Source of the DNA: Octopus vulgaris
Lineage: Eukaryota
DNA: 64,000 nt
Direction of reading: 5' to 3'
Assembly: GCA_951406725.2 (NCBI GenBank)
Contig: OX597819.1
Span: 248,001 to 312,000 of the forward strand
Positions 22,430 to 35,906 of this stretch are shown piece after piece. The stretch's first letter is position 1, and every line of letters starts with the position of its first letter. The notes below the pieces were generated by a model. The model had not been told where the DNA came from. It was given only the letters and a program-made list of their open reading frames with translations, and did no database searches. The position numbers and the translations under genes were made by a program.

Positions 22430-23286
22430 TATGGGCTGCAGTGAATAAACTGTCGTCTAAATTATGCACAAATGAAAATAACACTGGCATCTTATTTTAA
22501 CAGATATATTTACTAAAATTATATAAAAATATCTTGAAATACTAAAGAGTAAATTTATTCAATAAAATCGCCATTGGCTTTAACCATGGCCTCCAGATGA
22601 CTTCAGAATCTTCTGCAACTCTTCTGGGCAGTCTCCTTGTGAATACTACTATAATCCTTGCCTTCAGTTCATCTTTGGTGTTACAAGGAGTTTTGTTGGT
22701 CTCTCGCTCAACTGCACCCCACACATAATAATCAAGGGAGTTGCAGTCTGAAGGAGTTATGCAACCAGATGTTAGGGGTGATGTGGTCACAGAAATTGTC
22801 TGACAGTCGTAACTGGGTTCTCCTGCTTGTGTGGCATGATGCAGAGTCCTGTTGCCAGACATAAGGTCTTCCAGCTACCATTCTCTTGACCCAGGGCAGC
22901 ACTACCTTCTCCAGGCACTTAATGTAGGCCTCCATATTGAGGCTGTGTGGGAAAACGAATGGAGGCATAACATTGCCATCACCAGTGATCACTCCAAACA
23001 CCATGATATTGACTGGATGTTTGATTTTCATCATTCTCGGTACATGCCCTCAGACTGACACCTAAACACTCTGAAATCTTCATATTGGAGATTCCGGCAT
23101 GAATACCAAGCAGTACAGCATGTTGTTTCCAAATTTCTGGCAGAGTGAATTGTGTCATGGTGTTGTATTCCTCACAGACGGTGCCCAACTGACTCTACTG
23201 TGTAGTTGACAAAATCAAAAATAAACAATGCGCATGTGCAAAATTAAAAATATAAAATGACAACAATTTACCCATCGCACTCTGTG
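22430..23286 (-). mobile_element. Internally deleted maT (DD37D) transposon
   Basis: IMVFGVITGDG...YIKCLEKVVLPW...WQQDSASCHTSRRTQ...PSDCNSLDYYVWGAVER (frameshifted), giving a catalytic D-to-D spacing of about 37. Degenerate terminal inverted repeats in a TA context. Confidence 0.9.
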
Positions 23287-24475
23287 TATATTAATTTTTA
23301 ACTGAAATTTTCACCTTTATTGTTAGACGTCTATTTTAATTGTGCTTCAATAATTAGGTTGAGAGAAACTAAATAGCAAATCAATTGAGATGAAAGTTCA
23401 GTTACCAAAAAGGAGCAAAAGGATAAGATATATGTATACCTACTTCATCGTGTTAGAGTCTCTCATATCTGCAAGCTAAAGACTAAAGTTCAAAGTCAAC
23501 AACAACTATTGTTTTAAGGCATTTATTTCAAGAAACAAAATAAACTTATATTTCACTCCAAATCTGAATAAATGACTAATGATATTTGAAAGAATGTAAA
23601 ACCAAGTTAACCATACCAGGATTTGAAATGAAAACTACAAGGTGGCATTAAGTGAAATACCACAACAGCTGCACAAAATCAATTGTGTACTTAAACTAAG
23701 AAATATTGATTTCTCAAATTGGTACAAAGCCAAAGACTTGTAGTGGAGGTATAATTTCCACTACACATCATCATTTTAATGTCTATTTTTCCATATTTGC
23801 AAGGGTCAGACAGAGTTTATTAAGGCAGACTTTCAATGGCTGGATACCCTTCCTGTCACCAAGCCTCACCTGTTTTCAAGCAATGTGGTATTTCCCCATG
23901 ACCAGACATGTTGTCACAGAATACTGGAAATGAATGATGTTTGTATGACCAGCAACTATCATATGATGTCAAAACAAGGACACACACACACACACACACA
24001 CAAAGAACTTCTTTTAGTTTCCATCTATCAAATACACTTCCAAGGTTTTGGTTGACTCATAGCTACAGTAGAAGACACTAGCCCAATTTGCCACATAATG
24101 GGACTGAACCCAGAACCATGTGGTTCAGAAGCAAACTTCTAACTAGATAGCTATGCTGTTGTGGTACAATATGCAGTGGAAGTATACTTGCATCACACAA
24201 CACAATATCTATTTTATACATTTTGAAAGGATGAAAGTTGAAGACAATCCCATCAGAACTGAACAAAACAAAACTCTACAAAATAATTAGCTTAATATTT
24301 TACAATTTATGCTACTTCAAAACTATTTTGAAAGCCAGATTGACAAGCTTGGCCTTAGGTTTTCCATAGGATCTTTCCCCACATGAAATGTTTTTATTAG
24401 CAATTTTCATCACACCAAGTTTTGCTGTACATAATGCAGATAAATCCTTAAATTTAATAATATCCTTAAACCAAC

Positions 24476-24523
24476 CATGAAGCAAATCAAAAATCCTTTA
24501 TCTTTCTCCACTTCAACCAAAAG
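24476..24523 (-). CDS. Tentative gene 1 exon (LLVEVEKDKGFLICFM)
   Basis: gttttaacag acceptor, atg|gttggt donor, 48 nt, phase 0-0. Confidence 0.3.
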
Positions 24524-27172
24524 CTGTTAAAACGATGGACATTAAAAAGCAATCAATATTTTAGACACTTGAAAATGTAAGCACACACTTTCATGACACT
24601 ATAAAGGTAATATAATATGTATTCCTTACAAGCAAAGAAGTAAGAAATATAAATCAATACAAAAACTGTGAATGTGGCCAAATTGGTAGACTTCAGTTGG
24701 AAAATCTGATAGAACATATTTAATACCAACATTACAGAAATACAATACTAGACCTCTTCATATGCCTCAATGTTTAAATTCCAAACATAACTATTTTGTG
24801 GACACAAAAGTTACCAAATAACCACGGAAACATTAATAAAATTTGGGAATTTTAAGATCTATTTATGGCTATCCCATTAAACTTTCCTTAACTCCTACTT
24901 GATATCCAGCAGGTAACAATTCAGTCTTGTTTTATAATGAATCCATACTTCATAAAACCTATTCAAGCAAGGATCAGTAATCTAATCTTGTTGCAAAATG
25001 CCCAGCTAGGCTTTTCTTCCAAGAAAATATTTTTGTTATCAGAAAAGATTCTGTAGTCCACATGAAACCAAGAGAAAAACCAGATACTTATGAAGTAATA
25101 ATATTTCTACCAAAACAACAGAAATTAGTCTGAACAAGCAGTGAAAAACCATTCAATAACTGAATAAATAAAATAGACTTTCGCCATTGCAAACAAGTTA
25201 TTAATACAACTGTCTATTGATTAGAACAAAACAATTCAATGTAGACTAAAATATTTTCAAATTCACTTTCTATAATTTTACCATCCCTTTTCCCATGCTG
25301 GTTTGGATTTGACAGATATGCAGTACAGCATATCACAATAACAACCACCACTCTTCTCAACCCTCTAGCATTTCATACATATAGCCCAATATCTTCTGAT
25401 CTGGCCTAACCCTTTCGAAGCAACCTTTTGTTTTGCACTGCATTTTCTATCTCGTAAATGTCTTATATACATACATCTATACCAACAGTTTCATTTCCTG
25501 CACAAACTCATTAGTATACTGAGCTACTCTTTTAAATTAAGTGCAATTTCTAAGATGTACAAATTAATGTTGCACATCCTACAGATTGGACTGAACACAT
25601 TTCTCTTCAGATCTTCAACATTTAGCATTGTGATTCCTTAAGTTTGCAACAGTGGTGGAAAAAAATGTCTGAAATTATTCCTCTTCTTTTTTGCTTTACT
25701 TTCATTCAAGAATTAATCTTATCACCTACATAAACCATTTATTACAGTGAAAACTGAAGAACTTCTAAGTGGTAACTCGACATGCTAGAAACAGCAGCCA
25801 AATTACCCTCTCATACCTTACACATCATCAACAGCAAGGACAAATTGGACAATGTGGTTCTGTGTGCACTGTACGATGGAAAAAGAGGATTGTTGCTATT
25901 GGAATACTTTCGACCATGCGTCTGCCCAATCAGTATGACCTGGGGTTAAACAGCAACCATTTACTTACACGTAGCAAGTCTAAATTTAAAACACGCATAT
26001 ATATATATAATAGAAATGATTTGTTCATATTTATATTTATTATACTATAAAAACTACTGGACATCAATTGGTAAAGAACCGGCTGAGATCTTATATGAAT
26101 CAAATTTTGCCTTTATCGATTTAGGTTTTTAATTCAAGGTGAGTGTACAAGAAGCTGAGTTATCTATTTTTGTATTAAATAAAGGACAACACTAAGAACG
26201 TTCTATTTTTACCTAATTACGATTAAAATTGATTATGAAAAACGACTAAAATTTTAATCAATGAAATGTTTAAATTAGCTGTGTTCTCTTTCAACTAGTG
26301 CCCTTTTAAATGACGGTCGAAATAAACAATCAATATTAACAGAACAAATTAATTTCTAAATCAAAATCACATTCTTAACTTGAACGTTATATAACTGTTT
26401 CGTGCTGATAATACGGCAATCGATTATTCTAGTGGAAGACAATTTGGATGTTTCCTACTATACGAGATGAACGGAAATAAATAATGCTGAGAACTTTTTG
26501 TAAATAAATAAATGCATGCGAGAATAAAAACCATCTACATTTACAACTGCTGCAATGAAAACTTTACTGATATTTGCTATAAGCAACTGAATATTTTTTT
26601 TCTTCAATAAACTTGCCGCTAATGAATCAAAATATATTCTTAAAATCTATAAAACAAAAATATCGATTATACTACCCTCTGCGTTGACCGATACAATAAC
26701 TTCTGAGCTAATTACTAAATCCAATAAAACTATATCATCTATAAATGAACAATTTGCGAGTTTTATTTGAAGGTACAGACGAGAAAGTATTTACGAAAAT
26801 CAATATCTTACAAGTTATGAGCTTTACTATACTATGAATAATAGTTAGCAAAAGAGGCCTTTGCCATGGAGATGGGTGATAAACCTTTTTTAACCAAAAG
26901 AGATCAACAGCTGTCTTTAAGAATAAATAAACACACACACACAAATATATGTGTATGTATGTATGTATGTATGTATGTAAGTATATATATATGTAAGACA
27001 GATTATACATTATACGTTAGTTGATTCAATGTAAATGTATTCCTAGCATCTCGAGTTTCACGTCACAGCGAGTGTCTCTCTCTCACACACACAGACGTGC
27101 GCCTGTGAAAAAGAACAAATGGAGACTTAAGTTTTAACGTTTATTCAACTCATTAGAATGAATTGAACATAC

Positions 27173-27245
27173 GTAAAAATCTCCATTCTTGTTTTCAATA
27201 TCGACGGATAACTTGGAAAATTATTCGATTTCTCTTCCCAGACGC
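27173..27245 (-). other. Candidate first exon of gene 1 (ends ATG GAG ATT TTT AC|gtatgt)
   Basis: Consensus gtatgt donor immediately downstream of a CCAAT-containing, CpG-rich segment. Confidence 0.4.
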
Positions 27246-27753
27246 GAAATTTTTTTCCCCACGAGAGTTCCGGACCCCAGTTGTGAACTCAGTTGCATAT
27301 AGCCAATCAGAGCTCAACTAGTGTCCACCTAATCACGAAAATACTCTGGTTGAGTTCAGTGGAAAATGTGCGTTATAGCAAAATGTAACTGTTCTAAACG
27401 GGTTAATAGGGGTGACCAATGTGAAATTTAGTACATATAAAGCTGCTCCCAGATGATGCCAATTTGCGTAATTTACTAGAAAATCTAAATGAGTGTAATT
27501 CCCTAATTTCTTTTACTAATTTTGTACAATTTAAAATGTTGGTTTGATCAGAGATGGTGCTCAATTGATCTATGAAGATAGAGGTTGGGGAATGAGGTGC
27601 TTATGTAAGACCAGAGTGGCATACACCATTCTATGCCTGACTGGTTGTTCTGTAGTAGTGCACAGTATGTGGGTGTTAAAGGTGAGCTCTGATTGGCTGT
27701 ATACAATTGAGTTCATTACTGGGGCCCGGAACTTTCGTGGGGAAAAAAATTTC
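27246..27753. promoter_or_regulatory. 71-bp inverted repeat (64/71 identical) with CCAAT boxes; candidate (bidirectional) promoter or MITE
   Basis: Arms at 27246-27316 and 27683-27753, each containing gccaatc and ccggaa. E2F-like tttcgcg and ttcccgcc lie at or just beyond the outer arm ends. Confidence 0.5.
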
Positions 27754-27805
27754 ACTTCCCGCCGGACATTGGTTATATGTTGTGCACTGTACAAATCATC
27801 TGTAC

Positions 27806-27935
27806 GCATACATTCACACACTATACATACATATGTGTGTGTGCATATGTATATATATATATATATATATATACATACATACACACACATAAGCATGCAT
27901 ACATTCACACACTATACATACATATGTGTGTGTGC

Positions 27936-27966
<31 letters not shown>

Positions 27967-28010
27967 CATACATACACACACATAAGCATGCATACATTCA
28001 CACACTACAT
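27806..28010. repeat. Tandem duplication (about 98-bp unit x2) of compound microsatellite
   Basis: gcatacattcacacactatacatacatatgtgtgtgtgcatatg(ta)n... is repeated. Confidence 0.8.
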
Positions 28011-28213
28011 ACATAAATATATACATGTACATTAAAATTTAAGTTGTCCATAAAGACTACCTCAAGAGCATTGGATATATAGTACTGTACACTTCAACTA
28101 ATATATTAACATTTGTGTATAGATACACACACACACACACACATATATATATACGTATGTGTATACATATGTATATACATATATATATATATACACACGC
28201 ACACACGTATATT

Positions 28214-28251
<38 letters not shown>

Positions 28252-30951
28252 CACACACATGTACATATGTATATACACATGTATGTGTATATACATAATA
28301 TATATATATATACACACATGTACATATGTATATACACATGTATGTATGTGTATATACATAATATATATATATATATATATATTCATACACACATGTACAT
28401 ACACATGTATGCATGTGTATATACATGATATATATATATACATATATATATATATACATGTATGTAAGCGTGTGAACTCGTATTGAAATATTTTTTGTTT
28501 CATATAAAGAGGGTCATTACGACAATAATAAACACATGTACCGGTTCTATTCCATTTCTTTATTTTGTCAATTGGTTAACCAATAGATTGCTTGACTAAT
28601 CGTTCGGTCGATCAATCAATCAGCTAGGTTTGTCCAAGTCCTTTTCGTCGCCATTCGCCACCATATATATATATATATATATCTTTTATTTCTCAAAAAT
28701 ATTAATGCTTAATTTTAGATGCAGTAATTCATTTCCTGGAGAATATAGGAGTGCACAAAATGACTTTAAATTGAAATAATTTGGCAAATCATTTAGAAGA
28801 CGGAACATTATTAAGCAGAAATTCGTCAGTATTATATTTTTGTCGGTACATTGCTATCCACAGACCCGTAATAAAATCTAAAAAATATTTATATTTATTG
28901 CTATAAAATACTCCCCTACCTTTTTACATCAATTCCTGGAGGAGTAGAAATACAGGTTTTAATTAAATGTCAGTGCTAAAAAAGTAGTCTTCTGTGAAAA
29001 AAAGTCTAAGAAAAACGATCAGTGCTACTTGACATAAAAACTCTCTCACCCTCACACACAGTTAACTATCAAATCTGTAGGCGGTATTTCTGCGACTGCC
29101 ATCATCTGGTATTTCGGTACTAATTAACAATAGTACCAACAACATACCAATATGACACCGCCCTCACTGAAAGATGGATAAGACTAAAAGCCATAATTAT
29201 TAGATTATCGACAACAGAAAAGATTATGATTGATTTACGGTTGCTTTTGTTTTTATATGTATATTTCTATGTATAAATATTGAGTGGATTGTAGTTTAAC
29301 TCCAGATCAGTTTTGATCAAAAACGTTCCAACCGTGACCATCCCATCTTTATATAGGTGTGTCTAAGACCACATTATTCCAATGTGTCCTTCGTTTTTTG
29401 AGACAGCAGGGTGTATTTCTAACAGATCGAGCAACCGCATAGTGTCATACTCCCTACCTAGTTTACTGAGTGGGTGTATATAACTAGGTAAATGTGTGTC
29501 AATGCGAAAACTTTATACACACTAAATATTAAAACATAATAAAGCTACAGATTTCAGAAAGGTTTTAGTCATCAACAGAGAAGAAGACAATTACTGTGTA
29601 CAAATTGTTAAATAACTCAAGTCTGACTTTTGTAGAAAGATTATCTAATTAGATAATCTTTCTGTAGGTTTGTCATTTTAAGTAGGCGTTGAACAGCGCT
29701 TTGTACTGGGATTAAATGAAACGGGAATGCAGTACCGTTCAATAGCTTCCATTATATTTGAAGAGTACCGAACTGAAGCGGAGTGCTGACAATAGTTCTA
29801 ATGGATATTTTAGAATGTAACGAGTAATTACAAGCAACATCAATTTCTCATCAAGTGAATGTCATCAAGAGTTACACATGTCCTGATGTGAAACAATGAA
29901 GAGGAAAAAGGAAATATGATAAATGGAATAAGTACAATTAGAATCAAAATAAACACCATGTTTCTCCAATGAATAAATAGGTACAAAAAATAGAAAATCA
30001 GGAAAATGTACCCCCAATAAATGAAGCGACAAAGAGGAGTGGTTATTCTTGGGAAAGAACGACATCAAAAAATGGTGGACAGTTGTATTTGTAATTTATG
30101 TGGTGACTGCGATAGTTGTAGGTCTCAGATGCCGAGCATTCCTTTCGTTATATACAACAGATATATAAATATATTCCCCCACTGACAATAAATGATGAAA
30201 TGTCAGTGATGCCGATGGGTGAAAGACAGTCTCTTCGTCAAGTATTTTTACCGAGATTAAAATAGAAGTCAAATCCGTTGTTACATCACTCGGGAAAAGT
30301 GATTTACTATAATGAAAAACAACGAATTTCTTATTCTAACGTAAATATGAATTAATATAGTATTTATTAAAGCAACATTTAGTTTTAAGTAAAGCAAATG
30401 TCCACTTACTATTCATATATGAGCATCTTAAGAACCTTTTATCAAGCCTTGTCGCTTTTCTGCCTCTGATCCAGCCGGGATACAATCAATGACGTCATTA
30501 ACTGTGTGTCTGCACTGTATTTACTACATTTATTGATTCGTTAATAACAGGCATAATTTGCCACAGTTATATCTTAAATAAAAGGATTCTTAAAATCGCT
30601 AATAATATTCTATAAATTTTATTTTAATACTTCTTTCTTTTATCTATATTCGAAAATCATTTTAATTCTCCACATAAAATTAACAATTCATTCATTATAA
30701 CAAACAGAACTACTTCTACTATTTACTGCAGTGTTATCAACTCTGTTTTTCGTGAGAATCTTTCAGCGATTTCAATGTTGTTTCGATTTCTTTTGACTTA
30801 TTTTACATATTTCTCGAAATTTTTATATTCACCGCTAAGTTTACCTGCCTTCACTGATCAAATTTCCATTCAACAGAAATTGAAAGAGGAATGTTTTTAC
30901 TACTGCTTTTTTTTTTCTTTCTTAACTACCCAACTCTAAAACAGTGATATA

Positions 30952-31151
30952 CAGTTATCCCTCGCCGTATCGCGGTTTATGATTTAAGTTTACGTCGATT
31001 CCTCCGTGGTGTTGTCTTGCATTTATAATAAAATAAATATATACAAATTCTAAAAATTAAAACTATATAAAGTACTGTTTCTACTTCGCGGATTTTCGTC
31101 TATTGCGTTAAGTTTTGGAACGTAACACCCGCGATAGTCGAGGGATTACTA
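30952..31151. mobile_element. pogo/Tigger-like MITE
   Basis: TA|cagttatccctcgccgtatcgcgg ... ccgcgatagtcgagggattacta|TA. Confidence 0.8.
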
Positions 31152-31605
31152 TATATTTGTCACGTGTAGACTAAAACAAGGCGGTTTTTTCAGGAACTGC
31201 AAGCAGAACAAATGCTGCATGTCGCAAGATTTAAACTTTGTTGTGATTGTTTTGACTTCCCATCTTTTCAAACAAAATAAGCTATTAGTTTCATTTTTCA
31301 AAGGGATTGGGCTTTATTCTGAGAATAAAGCTTCTGGGTTTGTGCGTGCTTATGTACATTATGTATCCATCATAGTCGGCGTTTACTTCCATATTTGATC
31401 TCATCTCAAAGTCCTAAAGTTTTCAACCACTTTAGAATCTGAAAGTTCTCACCACTATACATCCAGCCACATTCCCCCTTTCACCTAAATTACAGCACAT
31501 GTCGCTATCAATACAAACTCGTTGCTCATCCTCTGTCACTACTATCAGGCATGAGCCCAAAACTCAAACTCAAGACCAGACAAAATCACAAATAAAAGTC
31601 TAGGG

Positions 31606-33081
31606 CAGTGGTTTCCAGCTTGTGGTCTGCAGATTCCTGGTAGTCTGCAAAGGTAGTACAGGGGGTGTCTGAACTAAATTCAAAATTTCATGCATATATA
31701 CATCCAGAACCATGCTATTAGCTTAGGAGTGAAATTTAGGATTTTTCGGTTTTCTATGAATCGATTTTGATAAAACTTTTCCCAGCTGGTTTGCACACTA
31801 TGGTAACACCATTGTTATGTTTACATTATTCTGTGTAATGTCCTTTCTTTTTTATTTCAGATTCTTCAGTTTTTTTGGGTGAACCACACTAATAGCTTTT
31901 AAATGAAAATAGCCCATCTAGACATTTTTTTTTTTCAGAAAATGAAGGATTAATGATACATATTAAACATGCACTGAGTATATATTTAATAGAAAACCAT
32001 AATAATATTATAACATTTATTAACATAATGAATTATTTAGCCACATGAGTGCATTTTTGACAGATAACTTCAAAAACCCTATTAGTCATGGAATCTATCA
32101 ATTTCTTAATAGTAGCAGGTTGGACTGCCTCTGCTGCAGCTTTGATGGTTGCTCTGGCATCCATCTGCATAAACATCTTGTTTAATAATGAACCAAAGAT
32201 TTTCGATAGGGTTGAGATCCAGAGATGCTAGCAGCCACACCATCAACCTTTCACCTTGTATATTTGGGTGGTCCTAGCAGAGTGGGAGGGAATGTTGTAT
32301 GCATGAATACAAGATTCTTTAGAAGTGACAGTGATGTGTCATCTAACCAAGGATCCAAGACCTCCTTAACGAGATTGCAGTAGGTGGCTGCAGTCACTTT
32401 AACCCCTTCAAGCACCCTGACTAGGCCAACATGTCTGTCCCCAATGATACCTGAGATGGGGCGTTAAATGAGGCAGCTTGAGGGATTTTCGCACAGAAGC
32501 CATGGTCCCAAGAATGTGATTTCAGTACATGAGGAAGTCTGGAGGCAGAGAAAATGGCTTTGCTTGTTTGTCCAGGTTCCCCATGTAACTTGTGGCCAAT
32601 ATTCCTTAAATCTCTAGCTGTCACAGTCTTGAAGGTCCCATAATTGGATCACTTCTTCCTTGGCAAAGGATCCTTCAGGAATCATCTAACTGTGTCCATG
32701 ACAACCTAATTTCTCCACAATAACATAAAGAGAGGTGCCTTTAGCAGACTTTTCTTCATTATTAAGGCCATTTCCATGTCCCATTGTTCTTAGACAGGAG
32801 AGATGTTATTAGCGTGGTTTACCCAAATACTGAAGAATCTGAAATAAAAAAGAAAGGATGTTACACAGAATAACGGAAACATAACAATGGTGTGCAAACC
32901 AGCTAGGAAAAGTTTTATTAAAATTGATTTGCAGAAAACCAAGAAATCCTGAATTTCATTCCTAAGCTATTAGTGTGTTTCTGGGTGTATATACATAAGG
33001 ATAAACATGTTAAAAGAGGTTAGTGGGAAAACTCATTTAAATAAAAGGGGTCCTTGGTAGTGAAAAGGTTGGAGCCCAATG
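31606..33081. mobile_element. hAT MITE split by a Tc1 insertion
   Basis: cagtggtttccagc ... gttggagcccaatg. Flanks gtctaggg / aactaggg resemble an 8-bp target duplication. Confidence 0.65.
31701..32987 (-). mobile_element. Degenerate Tc1-type (DD34E) transposon with long terminal inverted repeats
   Basis: Inverted ends of about 170 bp in a TA context. Minus strand encodes W...SLDLNPIENLWFIIKQDVY. Confidence 0.85.
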
Positions 33082-33559
33082 AACTAGGGTCTGAAAGAAT
33101 CACTGCACTCATATCTACTATTACTTGAACCAATACTGTTAAATTCTAAGAATCTGGAAAGTAGACAAAATTAACAATTCTGAAGCCCAACAAAAATCCA
33201 TGTAAAGTAAAAGAGTATCACCTTTTTGTGCACACTCTCAAAAATTCTAGAAAGGTTAACCCATGCATTACTCTCTTCAAAAAACATGGTGTCAGGAGAA
33301 AATGCTTTGCAACAGTTCAACCCTCAATGTTCTAAGTTCAAATCCCACTGAAGGCAGCTTTGCTTTCATCTTTGAGAAACCCTACTCACAAACTCAACAG
33401 AAAAAACATGATCACTTCAAAAAATACTACCTACCATCAACATAAACAAACTTTCCACAAATACAAAAAGAAATATTTAAAGAAACAATTCAAAATGCTT
33501 GCTATCAAACTACGTGTTGGATTTCCAAGCTTTAGTGGAGTATAAGAACATCATTTTTC

Positions 33560-34320
33560 AGATCCTACAATTTTCAGAATAAAGTACCATGGGGATCCAA
33601 TCTTCAACTTACATTTTTCATCCTATATCTACATGACCTCACCCCACTTCCACAAAACTTAACTTCCTTCTCATCCTTAATTCTCCAAAAACTACTGCAC
33701 CACTATTCCAACCTTACATAAAATCACCTCAAAACCTTAAGTAGTAGCTACCAAATCCACCGTTTCCATTCTTTCTAGCAATAATAGAAAACATGAAATA
33801 CAACCTATCAACACACTCAACAACATAAAACTATGACACACAGAAGCAAAAATACCAAGAGTTACTTTACAATATCTGTACAACATTTACAACACACAGT
33901 GGAGAAAGTAAAATGACTCAAACATACATAGAACAATCACAAGTATCACATTTGACCAGCAAGAAAAAGCAACAAAGGTGTACAACAATACATTAGCTCC
34001 ATCATTACTATGCTAGTCCTCTTTGGGATCCAAATTTCTTCACTACAAACCACAAATCCCCCAAAACAAAACATTATGCTTTATGACAGGTCTGTGCATA
34101 TATACAAATAACTTTTACGGTGAAACAAATAAACCAAAATGAATGAGCATCTGAATTGTCACTAATGCATAGTTTGATTCCACAGTAAGCTTCAACTCAC
34201 ACAATCCTTGTCTCTATAGAAAAAAAACTCAACTACCAAATACCAAAATACATAAATGACAGACTTAAACACTAACGCAACATTCTAAAATATCTCTTTC
34301 ACTCAGCCCAAACAAATGCA
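33560..34320 (+). mobile_element. Very degraded CR1/L2-like LINE fragment
   Basis: YASPLWDP motif at about 34009-34032 in C/A-rich degenerate sequence. Confidence 0.45.
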
Positions 34321-34749
34321 AAATAATATAGAAACAGCTGCAAAATCCACAGCCTCACCAGTCCTAAATACTGTGCTCCATGCACATCAACAAGTGCAGA
34401 AGAATGGTAACAATTGCACTCTCACCCAGTCCACATTGTCCACCTCTGCTGCGAATACCATAATAGTCTGTACAGAAATAGGCGAGACAGTGGAATGAGT
34501 GCAAAGTGTTCAGACTGTCATGCTGCACTCCATACAACACCAGGATGTTCAGTTTGGTCTTTAGCTATTCTGAGACATAGTATTACTGGGAAGAGACATT
34601 TGTGGGTTACATCTCATCATTCAACCATCTATATGCATGTCATAGAATATGCTTGCTCAGGGATAACCTAGGGTTACACAATAACAATATTAACTCCGTT
34701 AATGTGGCGAGCTGGCAGGATTATTAGCATACCATATCCAAATGATTCA

Positions 34750-35285
34750 TTAGTAATTGATAGGTTCTATTGTGTAGGAGACAGGGAGGTGACTGCTCTG
34801 AAAATATGGCAGCCAAATTAAGAATGGGTGAGAAAAAGTTGAGGGAGCTATTACCACTGATAGCAACAAAGGTCTTTTCCTTCATGGTAAAGGATACATT
34901 GTGTGCCACTTGTGTTAGAACTGCAATGCTGCATAGTAGTAAGACATAGGCTTTGGATATAGTAGATTTGTGAAGATTAGAAATAAGTAAAGCTAGCATG
35001 CTCCAGCTGGAGTACAATGTTAAAGTACTAATGAGGTAAGAGAAAAACTGGATATAGGAGGAATCAGATGTCAGGTGCAAGAGAGGAGGCTTTACAGGTA
35101 CAGGTGTATGGTGCATATGGAGATGATCAAAAGTACCAAGCACTCTAAGTTTGTGGAATCTGCAGAAGGAGACCAAGGAAGACATGGGACGAAGCGGTGA
35201 AGGCTGATTTGAAGATGTTAGATCTTATGGAAAGCTAAAGAAACATACTAACTGGCAATATGCTGTTATAGAGAAGACCCATCCA
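34750..35285 (+). mobile_element. RTE-type LINE 3' fragment
   Basis: GGDCSE..AKLRMG.KKLRELLPLIATKVFS...CVRTAMLHSS.T*A...RLE..KASML and a GRPRKTWDEAVKADL-like end. Confidence 0.75.
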
Positions 35286-35906
35286 CCTGTGGAAAAATGT
35301 ACCCTAACACAAGGGTAGTGATTAAAAAACAGTAACAGTGTCAACATCATTTAATGTCTGTTTTCCAGGCTGGCATGAGTTGGATGGTTTGACAGGAGCT
35401 GGCAAATCAGAAAACTGTACCAAGCTCAACTGTTCGGTTTGGGTATGGTTTCTATGGTTGGATGCCCTTTCCAATGCTAACCTTCTTACAGTGTACTGGA
35501 TGCTATTTGCTTTTTATGTGGCACTAATGATGTTGATGTGTATGTTTGTGTGTGTACAGCTCTCCACCAAGCCCACCTTACTGCCTCATCACCTCTCCTC
35601 CATAACTCACCTCTTTTCATCATTCAGAATACACTGTCTCCCAAGTTCCCTCTATTGCCACCCAAAACCTCCTCTTACCATTATCTCATCACTACCCACC
35701 TCATGCCTCTAGGATGCTCTCTAGCTTTTCTTTCACATGCTGCACCCAGCAACTGTTTCTTCCCTACCCATCTCTGTCCACTACCTTTGCCTTTCATCTT
35801 TTTGGGGTTCATAAAATATGTATCAGTTGATGTAATTGACTACCCACTTCCCCCAAAATTTCATGCCTTGTACCTATAGTAGAAAAGATTGTTACATATC
35901 CAAATA

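Noticed and set aside
27246-27316. Resemblance of tagccaatcagag to U4 snRNA
   Set aside because: The match is about 8 nt only and the rest of U4 is absent.
27777-28503. Many overlapping ORFs rich in Y/I/H/T/C/V (also near 5.3-6.6, 14.1, 41.2, 46 and 47.9 kb)
   Set aside because: They are translations of (TA)n, (CA)n and compound microsatellites.
28622-28664. Minus-strand MVANGDEKDLDKPS* / YY1-like cgccat motifs
   Set aside because: It is too short, has no splice signals, and abuts (TA)n.
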